From Macrostomum lignano (taxonomy: Eukaryota), in assembly GCA_002269645.1 (NCBI GenBank), contig NIVC01002527.1:16294-80293 (forward strand): 64,000 nucleotides of DNA, written 5' to 3'. Numbering within the stretch: the first letter of the stretch is position 1; each line of letters starts with the position of its first letter. This document shows, in pieces, positions 24,763 through 36,429 of the stretch. The translations under genes and the position numbers were made by a program. The notes beneath the pieces were generated by a model that was given only the letters and a program-made list of their open reading frames with translations, had not been told where the DNA came from and did no database searches.

Positions 24763-25264
24763 CCATAGTGTAGATCATGTAGTGCACGCGAGAATTTTCC
24801 CGCGTGCATTTTCAAAAGTGGCGTGCACCGGCGTGCAATTAGGTAAGTGTCGTGCATTTGGCGTGTATAATGCACACTACATAAATACACTGGCGTGCCT
24901 GGCATGCGCCGCGTGCCGCGTGCCTGGCACCTGATGTGGCAAAGCTGCCGATGCAATGGTAAGCAGACATAAAATACGTATTATTGTATTTAACTTTTGA
25001 AAAAAACTATTGTAAATAAACAGTGTATAAGACTGTTAAATAAATTAATGTATTAGAAATACACGTTTTTAAAGATATATCATTTCTTTTGTACATCGTT
25101 TGTTGCTTTGTTTTACACAATGCAATTTAAAATACGTTTTTTGTCTTCAATTTGAATTTTAATTTATCGGCGTGCATCGGCGTGCATTCGCTTGTCGTCG
25201 GCGTGCTTTTGGGAATTAGCTTTGGGTCGTTTCTCGCGTGCACTTAGCATGATCCACACTATGG
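24763..25264. mobile_element. MITE with ~33-bp imperfect TIR (CCATAGTGTRGATCATG..AGTGCACGCGAGAA)
   Basis: 8-bp TSD TTTGGGGA and many subterminal GGCGTGC repeats. Superfamily hAT or P, unresolved. Confidence 0.85.
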
Positions 25265-25299
25265 TTTGGGGACACTGGCGGCTGCAACAATGGTTTTGA

Positions 25300-26250
25300 A
25301 TTAAAGGTGAATTAGAGATTGTAGTCGAGTGGTAGGCGAGTGATGCAAGGCGATACAACGTGGTGAGTAACGGCGATGAGTACAACAGTGACAGATGCGT
25401 AGTCGTGAGATTGGCGTTAGCCGTGGCAGACAGTGGCAGGCAGTGTAAACAGGCTGGCCAGACAGAGAAGGAAAACAAGGCCGCGAAGGGGCGGCAGAAC
25501 GAAAGGGAGAAGAAGAAGTAGAGGAAGAAGTGAAAAACCAGCCCGCCGCCAGACGGGGGGGGCTATTAAAGAGCGAAAACAGGGGGTAGCGCAAACACGG
25601 AGAGCTTTCATTGGCTGGCGAGAGAACTTGAAATTATCGATCGTGCCATTTTTATACGGTCGCGAGAGAGGATAGCAAATACACAGTGAACTAGCAATTG
25701 ATACAAATTATTTGCACGCTACTATAAGTAAACGTTAGAATAAACTATTGGAAAAATTAATATGAGAAATTACAAGGGGAACTATAGTCCAACGGCCCTT
25801 TTGCGGGACCACTTAAACTAGCAACGTCACACCCGCTTTTAATTGAGTAAAAGACATGTCACCGTGGCATATGACATAGCATTTACCCGATCTTATGCAC
25901 TCGTTTTTGCACCTTTAGTCCGGGTTTTGATCGATGCCACTCGGGTGAAAATCGATAGAGACATCTAAATCTATGTACAATTTTTGCAGCTCGCGTACAA
26001 ACGTATTGGCTAGGCCAAGTAAAAAATAAGTAATTGATGAATTTGTGAGTTTGTCTATTTATTTAAAGAGAGACTGTGACAGCGCTGAAAGATGTGCTGT
26101 CCAATCAAAATTTTAAGGTTAAAAGTTGTACCTCAACGACGGGGCCAATGCACCAATCAGAGAACGGCAAGTCGCCTCAACATGTGTAAACAATTTTCTA
26201 GCAGGTGAAATCCCGGTCATGCGGCTTTTTGGATGCGCGCTTCTTTTGCG
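25300..26250. promoter_or_regulatory. CpG-rich candidate promoter region
   Basis: Several CCAAT/ATTGG boxes (25609, 26005, 26101, 26145, 26153), ACTACA-like motifs (25320, 25780) and a partial TCTCGCGA motif (25660). Confidence 0.4.
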
Positions 26251-27725
26251 AGGGCGACTGGTGATAGCAATGTTTGTGTAAAATCGTGCATCGCAAATAC
26301 ATGTATTATAATATTCAAACTAGCTCATATCGAAATCAGCTACTATAAGCAACATATGTTTTACACAATGCTAATCCATAGTCACCTTTCTATAGTGTCA
26401 TTTTCATCCTCGCAAAACTTTTAACTCTGTGTGTCAGTGTGTTAGCTCAAAAGTTAGTATGCATTCTGCAAATATTTAACCACTTATTGTTATCTTGCCA
26501 CAATATTTGAAACTTTAAACCAAGCCATTGACTCACTTGACTAACTGCATGGGGCTCCAGTATCCGGATGAAGCGGGGAGGGATCGGCACCAATTCCACT
26601 AACCCCTGCAGCGACAACGATCAGCAGTTATAGTGCTGCGGTGTCGCACAGGGAGATCCGCGGTGGTGCCAGAGTCTACGGAGCAGTCCATAGGCGCCTT
26701 GCAGCGGTTGAGAATTATGTGATGAAGTCGAGCACTGTACTCGAGAGGCGGTGGTTCGCTCAATGACGTGGATCACCGATTGATTCTCTGATGAGTGGAC
26801 GATATGATCTTCTTCTCCCAGACTCGCGGAATGGAGTTGAGGAGCAGATCGAACTTCGTTCTGTGGAAGACGGTGCTGGGATCGAGAAGGACCAAGCAAT
26901 TATATGTTGATTTCTGTAACTAAAATTTCGAAAATAAATTTTTTCAATTTTGTTTTCTAAAAAAAAATTTTTTACCATTTTTATTCTAAAAGATGTTGAG
27001 TCAAGTAAATGAAATCTCTTTGAGTTAGATCGAAACAAAACTATTTAAATTCTCATGCTCTGGATGCGCGGGACCAAACAATACCCCCTCAACCTTGTTA
27101 GGATGGCAGCACAGCTAAGTGCTCGTTAACTATTCCCATATTTCATTTTTGCAATAAGGAACAGTGCCACTCTCTCGTCGATGCGTAAACTCTCTATTTG
27201 ACTGTCTGTAAGCTTCCAACCTGCATGGCTTCTCGTTTCAATACTATAGTAAAAGCAGGTGATTTCTCAGGTGACTGCATCTTCCACTTGTTTTCCTTGG
27301 TAACGTAATAAACACAAGGCACGACAGCGATTGGCATCGAAAAAGCGTATGAATGCATGCATGCAGTCAAATGCGCTGCAGAGAGCTTTTCTCATTTCAT
27401 CCTTTTTAAGGATAAGGAAACCCCTTGCAATGCAGTCCCACAGTCGGGGCGCCGTTCGTTCAGAAATTCATACACAATGCCCTATTGTTTTAACTAAAGA
27501 ATGGCCTGTACACGTACAGGCTGTTGAGCATTCTGAATTTTCATCCCCAACCCTGCAGCATAGGTTTAGAAAACTGCTTCAGCTTTCAGTCTGACTAATT
27601 GAATTTTGGCTTGCTGACTAAAGAGTATATAAATATAACTGATCGGGAGGAATTGCTTTTCAGCGATCGCGATCCCGCCTACGTAACAAGCGGAGCCTAT
27701 ATCCGTAACACTCGCTCTCCTTACC

Positions 27726-28740
27726 ATGCCTCTGAGAAAGAAGCTGTCAAGATCACAGGTGGCGTCCCGGCCAGTCAGGGTGTACACTGATGGAGAGATT
27801 CAGCGGCGCATTGCCGAGCTGCCGTTCAGCGTGCAGGTGTGCAAAATTTTAAATTAATTAAGGCTGCTACAGCCTAGCTGCCGGCTTATCTTTGTATTCA
27901 AAACCTGCTGAGTCAAATCTACCCAGTTTGAACCCAAATCTGCCCAATCTGAACCCAAAACTACTCAGTTTGAATCCAAAACTACCCAGTTTGAACCCAA
28001 ATCTACCCAGTTTTAACCCAAATGTACGAGTAACCAATCTGAACCCAAATGTAACCAATCTGAACCCAAATGTAACCAATCTGAACCCAAATGTAACCAA
28101 TCTGAACCCAAATGTAACCAATCTGAACCCAAATGTAACCAATCTGAACCCAAATCTACCCAAGCTGAACCCAAATCTACCCAGTTTGAACCCAAATCTG
28201 ATTCACCTCACAAATCTACCCTAGTCCAACTGTATAGTCGCTAGTACGTGCAAAACTACCCTAAACAAAGCGCAAAACTACCCTGAACAAAGCGCAAATC
28301 TACCTCTAAACAAAGCGCAAATCTACCTCTAAACAAAGCGCAAAACTACCCTAAACAAAGCGCAAATCTGCCCCTAAACAAAGCGCAAAACTACCCTAAA
28401 CAAAGCGCAAAACTACCCTAAACAAAGCGCAAACTACCCCCAACCCGAGCAGCTGGTGATGATGAGCGCCATGGAGAGCCTGATCCAGAGTGAGATTCGC
28501 GCATCGCTCAGCTCCCTGACGGCAGCCAGGCAGGATGTCCGCTCGCTTCAATCGCACCTGGACAGCCTGGTAGTTGACGGCTTTCAAGAGGCCGAGACCG
28601 CGCGTGAAGCCGCTAAGGGGGCCATCCGGTTGGAGGACTTTGCCGACAGAAGCCAATCGACGCTGCCGAAGAACCCGGCTGGGCCGAGCAGCCAGCTGTC
28701 AATCCAGGACGAGGTTATCAACAAGACCAGCGTGGTCTGA
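27726..28740 (+). CDS. Small orphan protein with predicted coiled coil (~132 aa), 2 exons
   Basis: Exon 1 27726-27836 (MPLRKKLSR...PFSVQ|GT) and exon 2 28453-28740 (AG|LVMMSAMESLIQSEIRASLSSL...SVV*) join in phase 0. GC-rich codons and a repeat-filled intron like neighbouring genes. Confidence 0.68.
27905..28225. repeat. 21-bp intronic repeat (CTGAACCCAAATGTAACCAAT and variants)
   Basis: Read directly. Confidence 0.9.
28250..28440. repeat. 22-bp intronic repeat (AAGCGCAAAACTACCCTAAACA)
   Basis: About 8.5 units ending just before the acceptor. Confidence 0.9.
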
Positions 28741-29435
28741 TGCGATTAATAATCTCTATTTCGGGATCGATATAAACTAAAAATTTGCCTCAAAATATTT
28801 AATAAACTCGGAAAAATTTCATGTCCCTATGTATCGAATTTAATATTTTTTGAGAAGCCTCTATACTATTAGAAAAATCCCAGTGACCTGCAGAATATCG
28901 TAAAAAACCTAATATTCAACTTACAGGATATTTCCCTGCATCATTGCCGCTAGAAATATTCCCTCATGAACTAAATCATTGTGTGCAACATTTTTAACTA
29001 CTATAAAGTCCTAATTTTAGTCTCATTTCGCACCAGTTTAAGAAAAATTTGTTTTATTGCCAGCTAAAATAAATACGCTTGTATACTATTAAATATCCAG
29101 AATCATAGTGATTTGGGTGTTGCCAATTTTGTTATATTCATTATGACAAGCTATCAAAACCAATGTCTACTTTATTAGGTCAAAGTAAAAAAGGTTTTAA
29201 AACTTGACTCAATTTGTTTAAGTTTTTGCTAATATGTTTTTGGCTTATATTTGTTTTAAATTATTTAAATATTTCAGGTATTTGTTTATATTATTTATTA
29301 ATTATTTATATTATGTTAATTTAGTATGATTTTTCTATATTTGATTTGTTATGATAAGTTGCACTACACAAATTTCGTCTGGATTTATTTGTTTACGATA
29401 TAGCGAATCGATCTAATAACTACATCTGAAAAGTT

Positions 29436-29467
<32 letters not shown>

Positions 29468-31010
29468 TGTACATATAATCCATTTTAAAGGAATTTATCC
29501 AGTCGATTTTTTTCAAACTTGCACCATTCGATCAGAAATTCTTGCGAATCGGTACAGTTCTCTTTGGCTAAGAGATTTCTTCATTTTAAAGGTGTTAAAT
29601 ATTCAAAAAACAGTATTTTCCCTATCTAATTAGTGTATTTTTCTTGCAGTGAGAGCTCAATACGTCTACGGCCATAGACTAAACTTCAACTTCTTGAGCT
29701 GATGCTCCGAGCTATAAATAATTAAATATGAGTATTCGAAAACATGCTTTTTTGCATAAGGGAGAGATATCAGCCAGTGCACTTTAAAAGCATTGAAGTA
29801 TTGCGCCACTATATAGAATATGCAAGGGAGAGAGAAATGCTTAGTGGCTGCGTGCTGTTGAGGGGACGCTTGCTGTGTGGGGGATGCAATTGCTGTCTAG
29901 ATCTGGGGGATTGTAAGTATCAGATTAAACCATAGACATAAAGACTTGACGGGATTTTATTGAATATTACCAAATAAAATCCCGGGGAACGCAAATATTG
30001 TCACGGAAAGTCTTTATTTCTATGGATTATGTATAATTTTACCCAGACGCAATAACAAAATATTTTGGCCATTATTCCACAGTTTTGATGTGTACCATAG
30101 ACATTTGGATTGAAAAAATCCATCGCTCAGTATTTTTGTTATTAAATACAGAACAACAAGAAGTAAATGAACAAAAAGGAAAAATCATTAAAACAAAAGT
30201 ACCAGCTACACGAAAAGAGTTAATAATAAATGTCACAGCTAGTGCAGTTTATCAGTTTGTAGTCGAAATTTGACAATGTAAAAATCAATTTGTCACCTAA
30301 AGTGAAACATGCAGTTCTCAAAGCTGCAGTTTCCAAAGATGCTCGACACTTTAGCCTGATGATTTGGCACAATGGCACTGCAAAAGGAGTTGGTCTATGT
30401 TGAATGTTTTCTATGAAAGAGAAATACAGGTGCTCAAGTATAGTTGCCGAACTTACAATTTAAAAGATGCACGTCTTGGTTAAGTTGGCATGCGACTGAT
30501 GAGCTTCGTCTGATGAGCTTCTTTGGTACCGCAGTATCCAAGTTGGGATTCTTTGGGACTGTCGGCTGCTCGACTGAATCGATTGTCCGCTTTAAGGCAT
30601 CGCTTATAGCCGTCGAGGCGTTGAAGACTGCATGGTCGCGTTTTCTTCCTAGGTAGCGCCGCACGGTTCGTTCAGTCGTCGACAGGAAGATTTTTCCAAT
30701 TAATAAGCGCGGCTGTTTGACGAGATGCACCAGCCATTAGTTGTTTGACAAGATAAATAGCTTTTTTCTCGCTCTACTCGCTTTCCTGATTTCTTGTAAG
30801 ACGCAAGCAAAATCAGCACTCATCAGTGTTGTCTATGGTCAAACTAAGCCACGCAACTCAGTTGTCTTTGGGTAAAACAACTCTTAAAACAGCCAATTGA
30901 AGCATGATAAAAAGTGTGGAATAATGACAGCGACAAAAGTGTGGAATAATGGCCGCAAGAGTGTGGAATAATGACTGAGCGCTGAGTGAAAGTATAAATA
31001 CAATGCACTT

Positions 31011-31106
31011 GTATCGTATGCAACTTCGTTGAATAATGGCCATAGACACTCGTGCGCTACGCGCACTCGAGTTTTGGCCATTATTCAACTCAGTTGCATA
31101 CTATAC
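31011..31106. other. 96-bp imperfect palindrome, probably a terminus of a non-autonomous DNA element
   Basis: 32-bp arms with 3 mismatches and an inner hairpin ACTCGTGCGC-TAC-GCGCACTCG. Confidence 0.75.
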
Positions 31107-34100
31107 ATTGTCGGCTGATTTTCCATGCAAGAATGGCATTCTTGCACTCTTTTGCGTGCAGGAATGGATGTCTATGGTAAAATCTCACTGAAAAAGCATT
31201 AGGCGCAGAAATGCATTCCTGCACGGTTTTGTGCATTCCTGCACGATGAATCATCCGACAATGGAATTCCTTCACGTTCACTCGTGCGTGAAGGACATCG
31301 TGCACTCGTGCGCTAGCGCGCACTCGTGCAGATGTCATTCCCGCACTCGTGACCGTGCAGGAATATATCAATCTACCATTGCTTGCTGTCCATGGGATGC
31401 TTGCTGTCTGGGGGATCGCTAGCTACATTACATCATTATTAAAATTATTACATTGTTTCTTTGCTCCCCAACGGGGGGCTTATATTGCTAGTATTTGTCT
31501 AAATTGAATCCTCACAGGCTAAAAAGAATTTCAGTTTGTCTAATTTGAATTTGAATTTGAATATCGTCTTGTCTAAAAAGAACTGTTGTTTTGATGAAAT
31601 TGAACGAGAAAAGCGAACTCATGTTTGCTGCGCGTGTAGCCTGCAACATATCGAATTGATCAATTGAAGTCTCCGGTTTCGAGGGATCAATCTTTGCTGA
31701 GTACAAGTTTGAAAACTGCACATTTCAATTTTCAAAGTGAGCTTCTCCTCCGCTTCAAGAATTTGAACCCGTATTGAAATAAAAAAATCGAAGTCATTCC
31801 CATGATTATTTTTACCGTTTCTCTGCAGAGAAAATATACGTTCATAGTTGTGTGTGACCAATTCCAAGAATTAAAAAAACGCGTTATTTTTACTGCGTAA
31901 TTGCTTAAATTGATGCAATGCGGATATCATTGTAGCAATGCAGCTGTGTCGCCTTTAAGAACGGAATGAAAATGTAATGGAATGATCTGTATGGCGATCA
32001 ACCCACCACTTATAGAATAAAACGGCGGCCAAGACTCCAAAAATCGAAATGAAGTCCAAAATCCAAAAATCAAAAATCGAATTCTCTGCAGCTTTTAGCT
32101 ATGCAAGCCATCGTATTTATAAGCAAACCGGTTCTCATCTCTGCCCCGAATTTTCCACTGCAATAGTAGTTCATTCCTTTGTGTTGGCTGAGAATTTTCT
32201 GGCTTCTGTAATTTTGCTGCATTCATTTTGAAAGGGCTTGAATAGCTAATGCTAAATGAATGCAAAACTCAGTTCGTCGCTTGCTGGGTTATTGTGCGAC
32301 ATTTCCACCTAAAATGCAGAGTAAAATGCATACGGTACAATTGGACACGTACATTAACTGATTTTAAATGATAGAAGGATAGGGCAGTGTTAGCCCAGCG
32401 GGGGTATGTATAGGTCTTGCTAGGGGAGAGATAAGGAAGGGGTTGTACAGGTAATTTGCGGAGGGTTGCACAGGCGCCAACCCTATAATTGGCAAGCGTG
32501 TTAATGGCTAGCCTTCACTGAACACTTAGAAAGGAAGGAAATGGGGCTTTGGTTATGCAATTCCTATGCCCTTGCTTTCAGAGAGGGGGGGGGGGGTAAA
32601 TAAGGAATCATCTATGAGAGCACTTCAATTTGTAAATATGTTTGAATTTGTTTGTATTCTTGAATCTTGTACATTTGGCTCTAAGTGCGAGCTCCTAATT
32701 TAAATTAATTTGATTAGCATTAAACTGGGAGAAATATGTTTTTAAATTTGAGTCCCCTTACAATGGAATATTGAATACAATGTTTACGAGCCTGCCTTTG
32801 TGGTTAATTAAGTTTAAAACTTGTGTTGTCTAGACTTGATATTGCGGGTAAATCTTTATGGCGAATGGAGCAGGGAATCTGTAAGACTTCTCTCTCGGGC
32901 CTCGGTTATGCTTCTCTCTCGTAGTCGTCTAGCGGTCTTGTTGGATTACTTTTGCGTCTTCGAAGCCTAAGAGAGCTTACAACAAGGAGATCGCTACTTT
33001 GGCTGATTCTGACTCGTGCCTGTAGCACAAATAACGAATATGAATCTCTTTAGATTTATTGGCGAATTGCACAAGGCTTCTAGTTCGGAAGCTTAAATCT
33101 TTCCTTCTATGTGCCCATTTCGGGGCCGAGGCCGTGTCTATTTTATAGATCATTTGATACACGTCATCCCCCGCCGCTGATTAGCAACGGCGGGGTGCCA
33201 AAACAGACGCAGCAACATTAGATTAGCGCGTTGCTACGGGGCGAGAGAGATAATCTGCTATCGGTTAATTGGTCGCATCAGGCGATGGTTAAAGGTCAGT
33301 TCAGGGTTCATCGTTCGAGTCGATTCGCACGTCAGACCCCTCGTGCGTCCCTCGGTGAGTCGTCCTCTTATTCCCTGGGGACGTTCGTCACCGCTGACCT
33401 TGGCCTGTTGACCATTGCTTTATCTCGCCCGCCAGTCGGGCTTTGTGTCATATTGCTTCTCCTGGCACCGCGCCGACTGGCTCAGCCTGGTACCTCGGCC
33501 GATTTGATATCATCTGGTTTTAGTCTGAAATCTTGGGGGAAAGTCAAAGTTAGTTTCTTATCTATAGCTTATTTCACTTTCTTGCCGTTCTTTAATTTCT
33601 CTCACTTAGGTGTCTTATCTTTAAATTGAACTTTCGCCCCTTGCTTTTTTGCTTCTTACTTTGCCCTTTAGCGAACTCTTATTTGTCCCAACTTTCATAA
33701 TTTCTAATCCCTATAGAATCGTAGCTATCTAGTAATTACCAAGGCTCTGTTTATGACTCGAGGTTAAAATGGCCACCGCCAGCGTATGATAATTTAATGA
33801 AAATAGTGAGTATAGCTATCAGTGTTGTGACTATGAGGAGAAATGTAACGGTATTGGACTCCTAAAAAGTTTTAAAATATTGTAAAAATAATGTTGTAGA
33901 TCCTTGAATGCAGTAACGATACCGCACTAGTAATATTAAGAAATCTTTATAAGGTGTGGAGCTGTGCGGGTATATAAGGGATGGAACAGAGTTGAGCAAA
34001 TATATATATATAACCTACTACCTGATAAAATTCAGATTTGCAAAGCCTACAAAAGCACCTATAGTTATTCGGAAGTTTGTGCTGCTATCAACATAAGTTC

Positions 34101-34147
34101 AGTAAAAAGGCAAAAGAATTAACTAAAAATGGCGACCGAATGGCACT

Positions 34148-35205
34148 ATGAAGTGTGCTTGCTTAGACTGTAAAAAGTGCAAGCAAGGAGGCCTTGACTC
34201 TAATCGCCATGCAAACTGGCAGAATTTAACAAAATGGATCCTGTCTGTTGGCAGTGTTCGGAAGTCCTTCTTTTCTCGGAAAAAGGAGACCAAGCAACGC
34301 TCCAACCTGCTGAGCCAGGTAATTAATGGCGTCATTCGCCCGGCAAGTGCAGACAGAGGTGACAGCACCAACTCAGATGATGACTTTGAACTAATCCCAG
34401 GAGAAGGAATGCACTGCCAGGAGGAAGCGGAAAAGCAGTTGAAGGTATTGCATTTCCTATCCGTCAGGCGCCGTCAATTAGAGGGAAGGAAATGCTTCAA
34501 CCTGAAAGCCCTATAATTTTTGAAGAAGAAGGCGACGACATCGAGCCTGGTGGAATCTCAGTTTGCTCTGCTGCTGCTGCTGCTGCTGCTGCTGTTGACG
34601 CTCCGGTTGGTGCCACCTCTGCTGCTGACGCCCTGGATGGTGCCAGCTCTGCTGCTGACGCCCTGGCTGATGCCAGCTCTGCTGCTGACGCCCTGGCTGG
34701 TGCCAGCTCTGCTGCTGACGCCCTGGATGGTGCCACCTCTGCTGCTGACGCCCTGGCTGATGCCAGCTCTGCTGCTGACGCCCTGGATGGTGCCAGCTCT
34801 GCTGCTGACGCCCTGGCTGATGCCAGCTCTGCTGCTGACGCCCTGGCTGGTGCCAGCTCTGCTGCTGACGCCCTGGATGGTGCCACCTCTGCTGCTGACG
34901 CCCTGGCTGGTGCCACCTCTGCTGCTGACGCCCTGGATGGTGCCAGCTCTGCTGCTGACGCCCTGGCTGATGCCAGCTCTGCTGCTGACGCCCTGGCTGG
35001 TGCCAGCTCTGCTGCTGTTCCAGCTGTTTCAGTTCTCAATGGTCAGGATGAGCTCAACGAGCTACTAGCGTCAATTGACTTACCAACGATGGCGCCGACG
35101 AATCATACAGGTGCAATTGATTACATGATTACAGGTAATAATAATTTTAATAACAATGCTAGTTGCCCAGTAAGCAAGGGACGATACGTGGATGAATCCC
35201 ACTAG
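34148..35205 (+). CDS. Tentative gene: Cys-rich N-terminus plus Ala-rich 9-residue repeat protein
   Basis: ORF MKCACLDCKKC...LLSQ with donor GTAATT at 34319. Acceptor TTTCCTATCCGTCAG (~34467) joins in phase to APSIRGKEMLQPES...(ASSAADALD/A)n...DESH*. Confidence 0.45.
34605..35015 (+). repeat. 27-bp repeat (GCCAGCTCTGCTGCTGACGCCCTGGCT/GAT), about 15 copies
   Basis: Unit is a multiple of 3. Variants change only selected codons (S/T, A/D, G/D). Confidence 0.92.
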
Positions 35206-36429
35206 CGGCTGCAGTAGGCAGATGGGAAGGCCGGGGTCGGGGTTAACCGCGGCCGGAATACAACTTTTCAGCGATAATGCATACAACATACAAAGCCATG
35301 CATGATATCAAGCATTATGTTCGTAGTTGTGTTAAAAAATATAATAAACAGGTACAACAAGCTTTTTAAATAAGTGGAAGCGCATAAATTCGTCATTCGT
35401 GATTTATAAAGATTTTGATTTGCTTCAAAAAATCCCACCCCAAAGATTAAATCCTAATTGCGTCACTGATCAAGCAAGAGTTTTATTCTGCAATAGAAAA
35501 TTAGGCCCTTGAGTTTTTTATTGCTTTTGCAGAAAAAGTACAACAGACAGTTATTGTATTATAGCTAGCTATTCATGTTCTGTTATACCTGTTACACTGT
35601 TACACTGTTTTGTTATACCGTTTAACTATACACTAGCTATATTTCCAGTGCAAAATATTCTCTCTAATGTGATCTCAACTCGCTACTTGATAGTAGGAGG
35701 CTATGCATATATTTAATTTCTGCCATTCAAACCACAATACCAGCTCAACCTGCCATTGGCTCGCGCATCTGGAAAGCAATCGTTGGTCAGTCACCGTTGG
35801 TTGTGCCTTTTTAAGACTAAAGTTTTCTCTCTGAGAGGTCGCCTGCAGTGCTTTCGTCTGATCCAGCGCGCGGTACACAGCTAATAAATTAATTAGCAAA
35901 GTTTGAGAACGCGCCTATAGAGACTGGCTGGCCACGTGAGAACTTGAGAATATTCTGAGCAGGTGAGACAGAGGGAGAGATGAAGTGACAGGCGGTGCTG
36001 CTGCTACTCAGAGACAATAGCCTCCCGCAGCTGTGAACGGTGAGTTTACTGTTGCCACTATAAACTCATCTAATTGTTGCATTGCTTGATTCACTCGAAC
36101 AATAAAAGAGTTTCGAAATTTTCTGCTCCAGTAATTTGTTGGTCGATTGTTCAACCCCCCCCCTCTAAGCCGACTCTCCAGGTTGACTGGGTCTGGTGGT
36201 AAATGCAGTGTTTGACAGGCAATGCTTGTTCTGCTTTCTCGATCCAACAAATAGATTGCACTGTAAGCTGCCTAGTTACCTAGGAGGAATGTCAATGATG
36301 CAGAATGCACAGCTGGAAAATTTTTGCAAATATCGGAATCAAAATTCTGTCATTCTACGATTCTTTGGCGTTTTAATATTCTCCCAGAGTTATCGAAACT
36401 ACCCAGCATTTTCCACCCTAAGAACTAAC

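Noticed and set aside
26545-26900. GC-rich coding-like segment ending ...ADRCRCRG* (cystine-knot-like?)
   Set aside because: Interrupted by an in-frame stop, too few cysteines, and no splice model or recognisable family.
32880-32980. TGTAAG...CTTACA solo LTR
   Set aside because: Only about 100 bp, with no TSD, partner LTR or PBS.
33168-33196. GC hairpin CCCCGCCG-N11-CGGCGGGG as a Helitron 3' end or terminator
   Set aside because: No CTRR end at the expected distance on either strand and no U-tract.
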